Shown piece by piece: positions 10,772-22,523 of a DNA stretch of 64,000 bases (its first letter is position 1; each line of letters begins with the position of its first letter). Location of the stretch: the NCBI GenBank assembly GCA_965235115.1, contig OZ249439.1, positions 13,764,001-13,828,000 on the forward strand. Reading direction: 5' to 3'. Source of the stretch: Laetmonice hystrix. Lineage: Eukaryota. Below the pieces are notes generated by a model. That model did no database searches. It was given only the letters and a program-made list of their open reading frames with translations, and was not told where the DNA came from. The translations under genes and the position numbers were made by a program.

Positions 10772-11313
10772 TGTAGTTGGGGTTGTGTGGGCCAAGTTAC
10801 TTAGTAAGGAGGCAAGGCCGCTTCTTCCTTGTTTAACTTCCCCTTTATTTGGTCACACTCTTGAACTCCGTGAAGCTGCAGATACATGCAAACCATGCTC
10901 AAACATTCGCATATATGGCCTCACCAACATGACAACTTCTACTATATAAATGATAAATGATCTAACATGTCCTCGATACACCTAAACCCGGAACTGATAC
11001 CGCGAGAGCAAGTGCCCCATTATCGCTCGTCCCGTCTTTCCTGAAATTCTCTTTTTTACTGAACTACAATCACACTATGAAACTACACAATATCCCGTGT
11101 TCTGTTAACACCCTTATTTACCTCTTGTGCTGATCTGGCAGGTTAAAACCCTCTAGTTTACCGCAACGAAAGCGACCGCCGTAGGCACAGAAACAGCGTG
11201 CTCGTGACCTTGTCCTCCACTGCCCCCCGGCGGCTCCACTCTCCCCTACTCTAGGTCACCTCTTTCCCAACAGAGGGCGCCCGCTCACCGGACTACACTA
11301 TGCCACCTTTACA
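10772..11313 (-). repeat. 5' LTR of BEL/Pao element
   Basis: Identical to 3012-3553. The sense strand carries TATA-like segments near 10911-10949 and AATAAA at 10849-10844. Confidence 0.97.
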
Positions 11314-11631
11314 TTAACCGCTTTCATACATGGAAATGTTTCATATGATGAACAGCATCATTAGAATTTCTATCAGTGGGCCAGTGAAACCGAGCACACC
11401 GCTGGCGTCTGACAAGAAAGGAAATGACCTTCACGGAATTCTCACTGGAAATTAAGAAATCTTTTTTAAGTTTGGAAGTAACTCTTCTGTAAACGATTCT
11501 GTCTATTCACGTTCTTTTCACGGTTTTTTTTCTGGAACTTCCATACTGTTATATTCTGGATATGAAACTGGTTTCTTCGACCAGTATATGCCTTGTGCTG
11601 CCTGGCCACACCGTGTCAGTCTGAGGTGTGA

Positions 11632-12089
11632 CCATGTCGGCCCGGGCGCCAGGATCATGGCACACCTCCCATCGTCCTGTTTCCATACCTCCGTCCCTGC
11701 CCCATGTCGGCCCATGATCATGGCACACCTCCCACCGTCCTGTTTCCATACCTCCGTCCCTGCCCCATGTCAGCCCGGGATCATGGCACACCTCCCACCG
11801 TCCTGTTTCCATACCTCCGTCCCTGCCCCATGTCAGCCCGGGATCATGGCACACCTCCCACCGTCCTGTTTCCATACCTCCGTCACTGCCCCATGTCAGC
11901 CCGGGATCATGGCACACCTCTCATCGTCCTGTTTCCATACCTCCGTCACTGCCCCATGTCGACCCGGGATCATGGCACACCTCCCACCGTCCTGTTTTCA
12001 TACCTCCGTCCCTGCCCCATGTCGACCCGGGATGATGGCACACACCCCACCGTCCTGTTTCCATACCTCCGTCCCTGCCCCATGTCGGC
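11632..12089. repeat. 63-bp minisatellite (~7 copies)
   Basis: Unit ccatgtcagcccgggatcatggcacacctcccaccgtcctgtttccatacctccgtccctgcc. Confidence 0.95.
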
Positions 12090-15000
12090 AACCGTACCCC
12101 CCACCCCTAACCAGCCGACCCTTCTACCCCACCCCCAACCAACCAACCGACCTACCTACCCCCGCGTTCCCTCACCTCCAACCAAACAATCCCCCCCTCC
12201 ACCAATCTCTCCACGACCACCCGCTGAATATTTCAACCCTCTTCTATACGCGTCCATAACTCTAAGACATTATATTCCCTGTACCCATTATTGTATATTT
12301 ACATCAATCATATACTTATTGTCTCAATATATATGGGTGACGTATCATATATAGATGGTTCCTAGTTAAGACGCAGAAGTTTCACACAAAACACGCAGAC
12401 AGATAGACCCACCCCGTTGGGGAGGGAGGGGGGGGGGCGGTGAGGGTAGGGGTGCGACATATATGGGGCCATGGCCAAAACCGCTGGGCCTCGCCTCGCC
12501 TGCCAATCAGCCAGCCAGCCGGCCCCGCTAACACCACGCCTCACAGACCATCGGGATCCGGCCATTATTTGCAATAAAAATAATCTCCAAGCCTTCAACG
12601 GGGACAAAGGGCCTCTTTGGGTCATTTGCAAGTCAATGTATAATTTGGGCTGTGAGCACAGGTAGGTTGGGAGTCGGCAGTCGGCCAACCGTACCCCCCT
12701 GTACTGGCATCTGCTGCTAATGACCAACCTGTCCACCAACAGGTATAGCTCCCAGTCTGCAATCCCAAGGTCACCCAGGCCAACATACAGGGGGGCTTCA
12801 CGTATTGCAAACATCATACAGTATCTCCAAATAAAGCCGTCATTGTCTCCGCCATTAACATGTCAGAACATGTAAACAATAGGACTATTACCTCCACAAA
12901 AATCACCCACACCTGCACTGATCTCTTTAAGTTATTAACCCGCTGTGTATGTCCGACATAATGTTTGACATGATCCTCGGTAAAATGTTGACCACCTTAC
13001 GACCCAGGTCACTTCTATGTACCAGTCCGAATATTTCACTCTGTTAAAACCTGTTTAATTAATCCCGCATACTAATAGTTGTATCCACAGCTCTCTATAT
13101 CCTACTACATCAAAGTGTTACCGACCGTCGTAAACTTATGTCGAGGTCGATGAATTAACAAGGTGCAATTAAAGTTTTAATCAAATGTTATGAACATCCA
13201 ATAAACTATGAATTAGAAACTCTTAAAACCTTTAAATACTGATTCATGTATCTGTCCATGAGTCGCTTAATATCGACTCACATATACATAAATGTATTTA
13301 TACAGAGGACGTATAGATTTAAGCGAGCGAGTTATTGGCTATTTACCCTCTGTCGGCCTTAGCTGGACATCTTCAGCACGAGAACAAGTTTCCTCATTTA
13401 AAAGGTAGTCAGTTGTGGTGATGATGATCAACTGAGGTTTGCCATCTGTAGTCTGGTTTGGTGTGGTCAGTTGGTATGGTCAGAGCGGTCGAGTGGGCAT
13501 CACGGCGGTCGAGTGGGCATCACGGGACAAGGGACCAGGGGACAAGGGTTGTTAACGTTACGGTTCTTCTATGACGTCACTGAAGACGTTTAAATTTCTC
13601 TCTTTATGGGCAATAGATCACTACTTCGTGAATAGATGCTAAAATGCACGAATAGTTAATCAGATACAGGCGCTTTAGAAATGATTGTAAAATACATGAC
13701 ACTTCCTTCACGGTGCCATGACGTCAGCAGTGGTAGAGTTATGTTTCTGTTTTTTGGAGTACATTTTGTTACAATGAGTTACAATGGGGGATCAACAAGG
13801 AACCTTTGTTAGGTGGAAACGTATTTTAGGATTCCTTCATCAGCACGAATCAAGATTTTCCCGTAAAGTAGAGACGAAGTAGCTTCATAAAGTAGCTTCA
13901 TGAAGAAATGATACAGTGACGTATGTGCGAAGAGAGAACATAACTCTTACTGAACAGAGAACTCAAGGCCTCAGGCGTGGTTCAACCAACCAGACTCTTA
14001 AAAAAACACACTCCAGTCTCGTTGGTTGAACGTAAGGCCCATTTTCTGTGTCAGGAGTAAACAAAAATAGATTTAGTGTTCCTCTCCTGAGAGCGCAAAG
14101 ATTTTAAATTGCTATCGAAATACAGTCGCGAACTATAGGCCTATAGTCCGTTAATTTTGTGCATTGTCTTACACACCCGTAATGTAATGCTATAAATGTC
14201 TTTCATATATAAATTTTATCTGTGAACATGAAAATAAGGTCGATACCAGTAAATAGCAGTTGCAAACTAAGATAGACTGAGGATGCTATCTTCCAGTTAA
14301 CGAAGCTAGGATAAGTCCTTCTGTATTTTAATGAGAGAGGTTTGTGAAAACCGGGTCAGTGTTTATATATTTCATCCCAGGGTGGTGGCAAGGCTGGTGG
14401 AGGTGATGGTGGTGGCGGTGCTGGTGTGGAGTTGTGACAATGAACGGATCTGTGAGACTGAGTAGATCAGCTGGTCAAAGTACTGCCTGCCTGCCTGCCT
14501 GCCTGCCCGGCCGGCCTCAGCACAGTCCGGGTTCACGAGTACAAGCTCGGACCCACTGGTGGCTGGCAGGCCGAGCCCGGATCAAGGCCAGCCATGGCCT
14601 GTTTCCTGCTCCCACCGCCGGCCCCAGCTCTCCCCGCCCGGGTCAACCCACAGTTACACCCATCATAGGCTTATCTCAGCATTAAGGGTCATTTAGATTC
14701 GGGGAAATAGATGAGCTCATGGATGACACTAGATGATGGTAAACTCACTGTCTCCAGTACTTGTTATGGCTGCCGTCTCTTCTACCGCACCCTTCCCCAC
14801 CCACCCAACCCCACCTGAACTATATCATGTACATTATCAAGGAATAGTGACAATCCCTTTGTCAGATAGGATATGTTTCATTTAAAGTCCTTTCTGATAC
14901 TACAATAGATTCCGCGATATGAGAACTACAGTTCATGTCGAACGAACTCACTCTAAACCATGCTCTGCTCCTAGGTGGCGCCACGGTCTATGTTTTTGTT

Positions 15001-15900
15001 TGTATACATACTATGTATTTTTGTTTTGGCAGACATTTATTTGGCACACTTCAGGGGAACCCATAAAACGAAAAAAAGGAGAAGAAATTCAAGGAAAGCA
15101 TAGCCGATGCATGGTGCCCATGTTTTCACGGTCATGAATACTTTCAAAACAATCTAACCATAGTCTACACGTGTACTACTCTTTTTTACTCTGCAAGACC
15201 CTAAATATTCCAACCGAGGGATCACATGATTGTTAAAGTTTATAACCTAATACGTATAAATACTAAATACTCCAGGTAAAGTTACATATTTCAGGATGAA
15301 CTGAACTATATATTATATCTAATCACTTCAGTTCAATTTCAGAATTTGAAATTCACGCAGATTCATAAATTCATACCGTTCTTACATCGGGTATATGTCT
15401 GTAGGGACCTACCTCAAGTTCATGGTCTGGAAAATTGGTTCATGCCCCCATTACCCAATCATCAGTGACCCAATTCTGCTATCACCTCCAAACACTAACC
15501 TACTTACCCGACCTTTTCTAAAGCGTATAAATGGCAGTCCCTGGGAAGTGAAAAACATGAGAGTTAGGGGCGAGGCCTGCCTATATATCTCAGAGTATGA
15601 AGCGTGCCGTGATGCTTCCCTCATTGTAGCAGCAGTGCCTTTAGCACAGGAAACAAACTTCACAATTATTCAGAGTGCCCTCACAAGGCCAAACTCCAAA
15701 TGTTTGACAAACCAAAAAATTAATTATTTGACTTGCACTATTAATCCTTAACTTGAATCTATCAGTAAATAAAAACATGCAAAATGACGACGCCCGATTT
15801 TTTGTAATACCATAAATATTAAAAACAAACACGGCATCATCCATAAAGAACTATGCATCAAAATAAGTATCCTACTATAGACATCCAAACACAACAAATC

Positions 15901-16074
15901 CAGGGGCGGATCCAAAGGGGTCGTTGACCGGGGGGGGGGGGGGGGTACCGGTGTTGACGTGGGGGGGGGGGGGCGAGCGCCAGGCGCCTAATTTTCTGGG
16001 AAATACGATGGGGGTTCTCAATTTTGCTGGGGGGGGGGGGGGGTCCCCAATGCCCCCCGTTGGACCCTCCAGTG
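15901..16074. mobile_element. Short non-autonomous TIR element (MITE-like) with 5-bp TSD
   Basis: Ends caggggcggatcca ... tggaccctccagtg (degenerate inverted repeat). AAATC on both flanks (15896-15900, 16075-16079). Internal poly-G tracts. Confidence 0.7.
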
Positions 16075-18004
16075 AAATCAATACAATACATTCATCAATA
16101 TTATAGACGTCTACTATGTCTAGACCTGTGCAGCGGTGACCAATAGACCTTGCCCATTCACTGCACGACCTCGTTATCATCATTAATGATACATCTTACA
16201 TTAACTCCTACACGTACTAGGTGTGAACTTTGACCTACCAACCAGCCCCCTCCCTCCTCCCAGCGAGTTCACCATGTAGTCACGTGCTGGGCCACTCCCC
16301 CTGATAGGGGCATCAGGGGCCGCCCAGTCAGTCCACCCTGGTCGCCAATTCTATCTCCAACTGCATTGTCCCATACATGATAACAACATCGACAGGCGGC
16401 CAGCCTACATTTAACAACATTTTGCATTCATCCATGAGTCCAATTCATGCACTCTGTCCATCTACACGGTGCCTATATTTACACTGACCATGCAGCTGTT
16501 GCTATACTGATAGGCCTATAGGCCGACTAGCCCCTAAACCTTGTGAGTTTTAGGGTTTGCGAGATAAAGCCAGGGCAATATAAACTTATCGGCCCTGTTA
16601 ATCATACTTTACGAGAACTTCAGTGTAGTAGAAGCAAACTTCATACATTTTCTATTATTTTTACAACTGTAAAATCTTAGGATTACAAATATTTGGTATT
16701 ATTAGGCCTATTGCTTTAAGACCATGTTTCAACTTACCAAATTTGCTGCTTTAAGAAATAGATTTGATCAATTGTGTAGAGTGTACTGTTAATGGTTACT
16801 TTTGTGAGCCACTATAACTGTAATAGAATGTACGGTTGCTGCAGTCACGCCCCGCTAGACCGACCCGCTCGTGGCGGTCGCCCATCTATATGGGCGCTGG
16901 CTCACCTTAGCTGCTGTGGTGGATGCTCACTCACGCCCGCGTGGTCCCCTTCAGTTTCTGAAACAACAGTTCCAGTCTCAGCAAACATTTCTTAAACAGA
17001 CCTTCCTCCAGCTCTAAACTTTACCATCATGATTAGGACTCTACCTGGATCGCTTATCATTGATTTTTCTGGGTGAGAGATTTTAAGTGTGGCGGGGAGT
17101 AACTCTGAGGCCATGTGATTGGGGCGTCAGTCTGACACCGACGTGTAGTAGACTAGCGTCGCGGTCCGGGCAGCGAGCGAGAGCGAAGTCCGGCCCACGG
17201 CTGGGCCGACTACACCCGACATGGTCAGCCCCGCGCCGCCGTCTCTAGGCCTAACGTGTTGACAACAGCACACTGATCGGTCGTGGAAGGCCAACCCCTT
17301 CCCGGCAGTGTTCACGCCCTAAAACCCACCTGGTTTGGTCTCTAGTTTTGGTGAACCTCCTCCGTGGCGATCAGTAGAATCTGTGTCCGGACTTCTCCCT
17401 GACCGTGCGTCTGTCAATGATCTCCGGGCTTTCCCAACGGCGGCCATATTGTGATGTCTACCACACCCAACATCCGGGGACCACAGCTGACACACCCACT
17501 GAAATTCCTCAGGTCGCTCGAACGAAGCGGCGGGCCTGCTTGGTGCATGGTGGGGAGGGGGCCGTACCGGGGGGGGGGGGGGAGCAGAATGTTTCACCGC
17601 GGTCCCGCTAATATTAGCACCTGCACACTGTAACCCGATCATTAAGGCGCACAATTGAAGCGTCACGGCTCGATAAGTATTTCTCATGATAGACTTATTG
17701 GAATGGATCCGTGGGGACTCGGGGCCCTAGACCCCCAGGCAGTGCTATAAGCTTATTCTATAGATCTCCGGGACCGGGTCCCCTACTCTAAAAAAGTTTA
17801 GCGCCGCTAGGGGCTCGGAGTTCTAGCCCTCTCGCAAGGTGCACATGCCATGGGGCAAAAACCCAAGGAATAAACCTAATAAAAGTCCGCCAGGGGTAGA
17901 CCAAGAAGGGGTTTGTATTTTGAGTAGGGCTTTACACCTCAGCCCGAGGCGGACAGTAGGCTATTAGTGGTGGTAGCAACCGGAGTACCCGGAGAAAGTA
18001 CCGA

Positions 18005-18760
18005 CCTGATTGAATGACTGGATGACTGAATCTGATTGAATGACTGGATGACTGAATCTGATTGAATGACTGAATCTGATTGAATGACTGGTGACTGAAT
18101 CTGATTGAATGATTGGATGACTGAACCTGATTGAATGACTGGATGACTGAATCTGATTGAATGACTGGATGACTGAATCTGATTGAATGACTGGATGACT
18201 GAATCTGATTGAATGACTGGTGACTGAATCTGATTGAATGACTGGTGACTGAACCTGATTGAATGACTGGTGACTGAATCTGATTGAATGACTGGTGACT
18301 GAACCTGATTGAATGACTGGTGACTGAACCTGATTGAATGACTGGTGACTGAACCTGATTGAATGACTGGATGACTGAATTTGATTGAATGACTGGTGAC
18401 TGAACCTGATTGAATGACTGGCTGACTGAACCTGATTGAATGACTGGTGACTGAACCTGATTGAATGACTGGATGACTGAACCTGATTGAATGACTGGAT
18501 GACTGAATCTGATTGAATGACTGGTGACTGAACCTGATTGAATGACTGGCTGACTGAACCTGATTGAATGACTGGTGACTGAACCTGATTGAATGACTGG
18601 TGACTGAACCTGATTGAATGACTGGTGACTGAACCTGATTGAATGACTGGTGACTGAATCTGATTGAATGACTGGATGACTGAATCTGATTGAATGACTG
18701 GTGACTGAACCTGATTGAATGACTGGATGACTGACTGAACCTGACTGGCTGACTGAATCT
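18005..18760. repeat. 25-26-bp minisatellite (~29 copies)
   Basis: Unit ctgattgaatgactgg(a)tgactgaa(c/t). Confidence 0.95.
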
Positions 18761-19227
18761 TCTTACAGAGGTAAGGACTCTGTGGTCAAGAGTCGGGGCC
18801 TTAGACCACTGAACATTTCAATTTGCGAACGTTCCTATAGGGTCGGTGGTGGGGTGTGAGGAGGGATGTCACAACGATTTTGGGTGTCTGTCGGCTACTA
18901 AAACTCTTTCTCGAAGACCTGTGGGAGGGCTGAAAAAAATACAAAATAGTCACGGCACCATGCACTTGGGATCGGTGGAACAGCTTCACAAGAGAAATCG
19001 TTTGCGTTTTCTTTAAGCCTACAACTCTCGGAAAAGTATTTCTCCTCCAAAACTGATTAAAAAGAGGTTTTGATGTTATTCAGCACGAAAAGTCAAGTCT
19101 ACGGAAAACGACGAGTGGTAAGGGCCGGAAAGAATGCCATGGCGTTGTACGTATTGATTGTGACCAGTGGTTTTATGTCACAGAACTTTGATCGATGGTT
19201 ACGACACACATACACCCCTATAGAAGC

Positions 19228-19409
19228 CAGTGGCGTACCCAGAAACTGGACCCAGGGGGTGCTGGAAATAACCAACGCCGTATAGGTGGTGCAAATTGGG
19301 AGGGAGCTGTGGGCAGTTCCCCCATTGACCTTTAAAACATTTCTTTTTTTGGCAAATTGAGGGGGGTGCTTGAGCACCCGAAGCACCCCCCCCCCCGGGT
19401 ACGCTACTG
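19228..19409. mobile_element. Short non-autonomous TIR element (MITE-like) with 5-bp TSD
   Basis: TIR cagtggcgtaccc ... gggtacgctactg (12/13 match). GAAGC on both flanks (19223-19227, 19410-19414). Internal G/C tracts. Confidence 0.8.
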
Positions 19410-21112
19410 GAAGCGATCGACTTTTGCCGCTAAAACGAAATATACATGATCTGGTGACTTCCGGCCATACTCACCTTTGCATCCAAACATTTTCCAGACA
19501 TTTAAAACTAATAACTGAAGGGCAGTGAACAACTGGATAATTAACCAAGTGCTGGAGACAACAAACAGGTTTGATATTTGTGACACTTCATCGGGAGCGC
19601 CATCAACTGTTTCAGGGTGCCGGGGATCTGGTCTTTTCATCACGTTGGCAAAAGATCGCCGCCCCTCTGCTAATAGGCAGGGTTAGGACTGGTCAACTTG
19701 ATTCCCTATAGCCTAGTCGGAGTTTAATTATTGAATGATCATTGTATTATTGTGGCAGAAATCAGATTTTTTTCATGGAATTTGAAATTATTTAAAGATA
19801 AAACCCTCACTCAGTATCTTATTCACACGTTGTCGTGGAAAGTTTCTTCCAATCGTTTACACGATTATGAAATACCGGAGAACATCTACAAATGTTAAAT
19901 GTAACAAACGGAATACATTATAGCTGCGTGTCGGACAGTGATTACTCGCTAAGTATTCACGCCTGACCGCAACTACATGATTTGTACTTAAGAGGAAGGT
20001 TTATTGGTAGAATTTAAAAGAATAGCGGATTTCATGGTCGAGTTAAACTTTTCTTAGAAGCGTTATAGTGATTCAAGTCCATACAATTAGGGACACCCTT
20101 CGACATTGACGCCCTTTAAATAAAATAGTTCAAATACATTTGAATTAAAACTAAATAGATAAAAAAGTTTGTTTTAAGAAATTGGGATAGGGTATTTGAC
20201 CGGGGGAGGGGTAATAAGATGTGTTTAATCATATAGTTCTGTTCTAAAATGGCAAACATGTAACGGCATTCGCCCTATAAGAGAAATTCCATAACGGATA
20301 ACTCTCGACACTCTCCAGGTCGACCGTTTTGAGGGTTTGATCTGATGGATAGAAAGCCTTATTTAAGATTGGGGCATAATTAATGTTTATAGCTGGGGAA
20401 TACTACCATCGATCAGGGCTCCCACTGATGTAAAATATACTTGAAATCTAAGCGCACAAAGAGATGATCCACCACTATACCGATCGCTTGTAAGGCTGGA
20501 TTCAGGATTTTTGTAGGGGCCTGGGGTGTCCAATGGGAAAAGATGTCAAAAAGTGGATCTAACAAGATCACTTCAGAAAACTTTAAAGCGGGGGTTGGTG
20601 CCAAAACGGTGGAGGAGTTTTGATTCCATCTCCCCTGGCTTGGCCTCTGGAACTCATTGTGTCCATACGACTGTGGCAAGTCATGGTAAACACGTTAACT
20701 TGGGTGCCCTGACCCCCTTTAGAAATCATATGTATATTCCCCCTGTCCTGTGTTCATAAGAGGAAGTGTTTCAAGGATGTGATTCGGTCGGACGGATGTG
20801 ACAAGTATCATGCGGTCCCTGTGACCTTTGACCAAGGAACGCTTTGTTCTTCAAGCGCTCTGTGCGCACGCCTGCCACCTGCCGGTCACCAGGGCAGTGA
20901 TTCGACGGTGGCGCCACCACTGACTGTACGCCACACTAATAGACCGGACGGGAGGGGCATGGGGGAGGCTGTTGGAACCAGTCGCTTCGGTGACTTGGTT
21001 ACGGAAGGTTGGGGGATAATTATGTAACGCCTAGTAAATGTCACACAGGTCTACATATATGCCCATAAGATATAGATCTAGATATGACCTCGTTAGACCT
21101 TGGGGTAGGCTA

Positions 21113-21267
21113 CAGGAGCGGATCCTGGTTGGCGCCAAGGGGGGGGGGGCTGTGTATGCTTGGTTTGAACCTTTCAAGCAGAAAAAAAGAAAAAATACTT
21201 CGTAAGGAAGGGGGGGGGGGGGGGGGGGGGTTGCAACCCCCGTCACCACCCCCTGGATCCGCCAATG
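21113..21267. mobile_element. Short TIR element related to 15901-16074, TSD not preserved
   Basis: caggagcggatcc ... ggatccgccaatg ends with internal poly-G tracts. Flanks ggcta and atact do not match. Confidence 0.55.
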
Positions 21268-22232
21268 ATACTTTGCCCTATGATCTAGATCTTCAGGATT
21301 CAATAGGCCAGATTTTATATGTCTAGATGAGAAATATATTACAGGAATAAATCATATTTAAGGAGATGATTATGATTTTATGAATTTGTTTTAAAGCTGC
21401 TGTTTGTGTGATTGGCATCTAGGCATGTGAAGGTTTATCTCAGACGCCACCAGTCTCTGCCTGCGCCTGTTATTAGAAGTTCTATTAGAGGTATGACGGG
21501 TCGCCTACAGAGAGCCCGTACACTATATACTGGCGCCTGAAGGCCTGCCAGTGACGTCAGCCAATTTACTCCAGCAGATCGGGTGGCGCCCTCATCACAC
21601 GTCACATGACGTCATCAACAGTCATGTGACGTGACCTGAGTGCTCGACACACGGGCTGTTCACGGCTGATGCTTACATTATGTGGGGCCGGGTCATGTGG
21701 CGAGGTTGTACCTACCCTCGAGGGTCTCACTACAGGCTCTTGTTCTCTCCCAGTGGGCAAAAGTAGTTAGTAGGCCCAGAGATGGTGGTAGTCAAGATCT
21801 CTGGTAGGCCTACAGAATGACGTCTAAATAAGGTCGGGTACAGGTTGAAAATGAGATTTGAAATGACGTCCTCGTACCTACGTCTGTTTGACGTCACCAT
21901 ATGCCTACATTAGATAGATAGGCGTACGTCTGTCTACAACCCTGTATAGGACGTCATCAAATAAGTAGCAGCGAAAAGAACCATGGGACCCTAGACAACT
22001 TTGAGCTTTTGAAAGGTCACATAGTGAGAGTTCCTTTACGCCAGGCTATAGCAGTAAGTATATGCTCCATAATCACTTTGTTCTGCATGATTAAACATTT
22101 GGCAAATGTCATATCTACTTTACTATTTGCCTAAAATATACTTCCTTTGCAGCTCAAACGAAAAGGCCATAAAACCCTGCAGGCACCGGGCGAATACCTC
22201 CTGGAAGGGGTCCTGGGCCAGGCACTCCAAAG

Positions 22233-22523
22233 TCACCAGCTTGATCCAGCAGATGGAGGGCATCTGATGATAACAACATGTTTTCCATCCAGGATATGTA
22301 AATTATGATGAATGTCCCACCTCTCAGAGAACTGCTTAGCAACCAGTTTCCACTCATCTTCAGTGCTGGGACATCGTAGATATTCTGGAGAAAATTCCTG
22401 ATAGATAGCATCACACACTTAGGGCACCATCAACGACACTGTACTATGGGCCACTCGAAAGACGAAGGACTGGGACTTATAACAGTCTCCTGTGGCCAGG
22501 TAACGCAACGTGATTGCCAGTTT
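22233..22523 (-). pseudogene. Degenerate PIF/Harbinger transposase fragment
   Basis: Minus strand reads KLAITLRYLATGDCYKSQSFVFRVAHSTVSLMVP*VCDAIYQEFSPEYLRCPSTEDEWKLVAKQFSERWDIHHNLHILDGKHVVIIRCPP. This matches the Harbinger HTH region and first catalytic DGKH motif. In-frame stop at 22419-22421. Confidence 0.85.

Larger units (their letters stand above)
3012..11313 (-). mobile_element. Full-length BEL/Pao LTR retrotransposon
   Basis: Two TG...CA direct repeats of 542 bp (3012-3553, 10772-11313) with no difference found on line-by-line comparison. 5-bp TSD TTAAC at 3007-3011 and 11314-11318. One internal Gag-Pol ORF with Pao domain order PR-RT-RH-IN. Confidence 0.98.

Noticed and set aside
19413-19659. 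Imperfect inverted repeat gcgatc(ga)cttttgcc / ggcaaaagatcgc
   Set aside because: Short, gapped and without a TSD; not enough to call an element.
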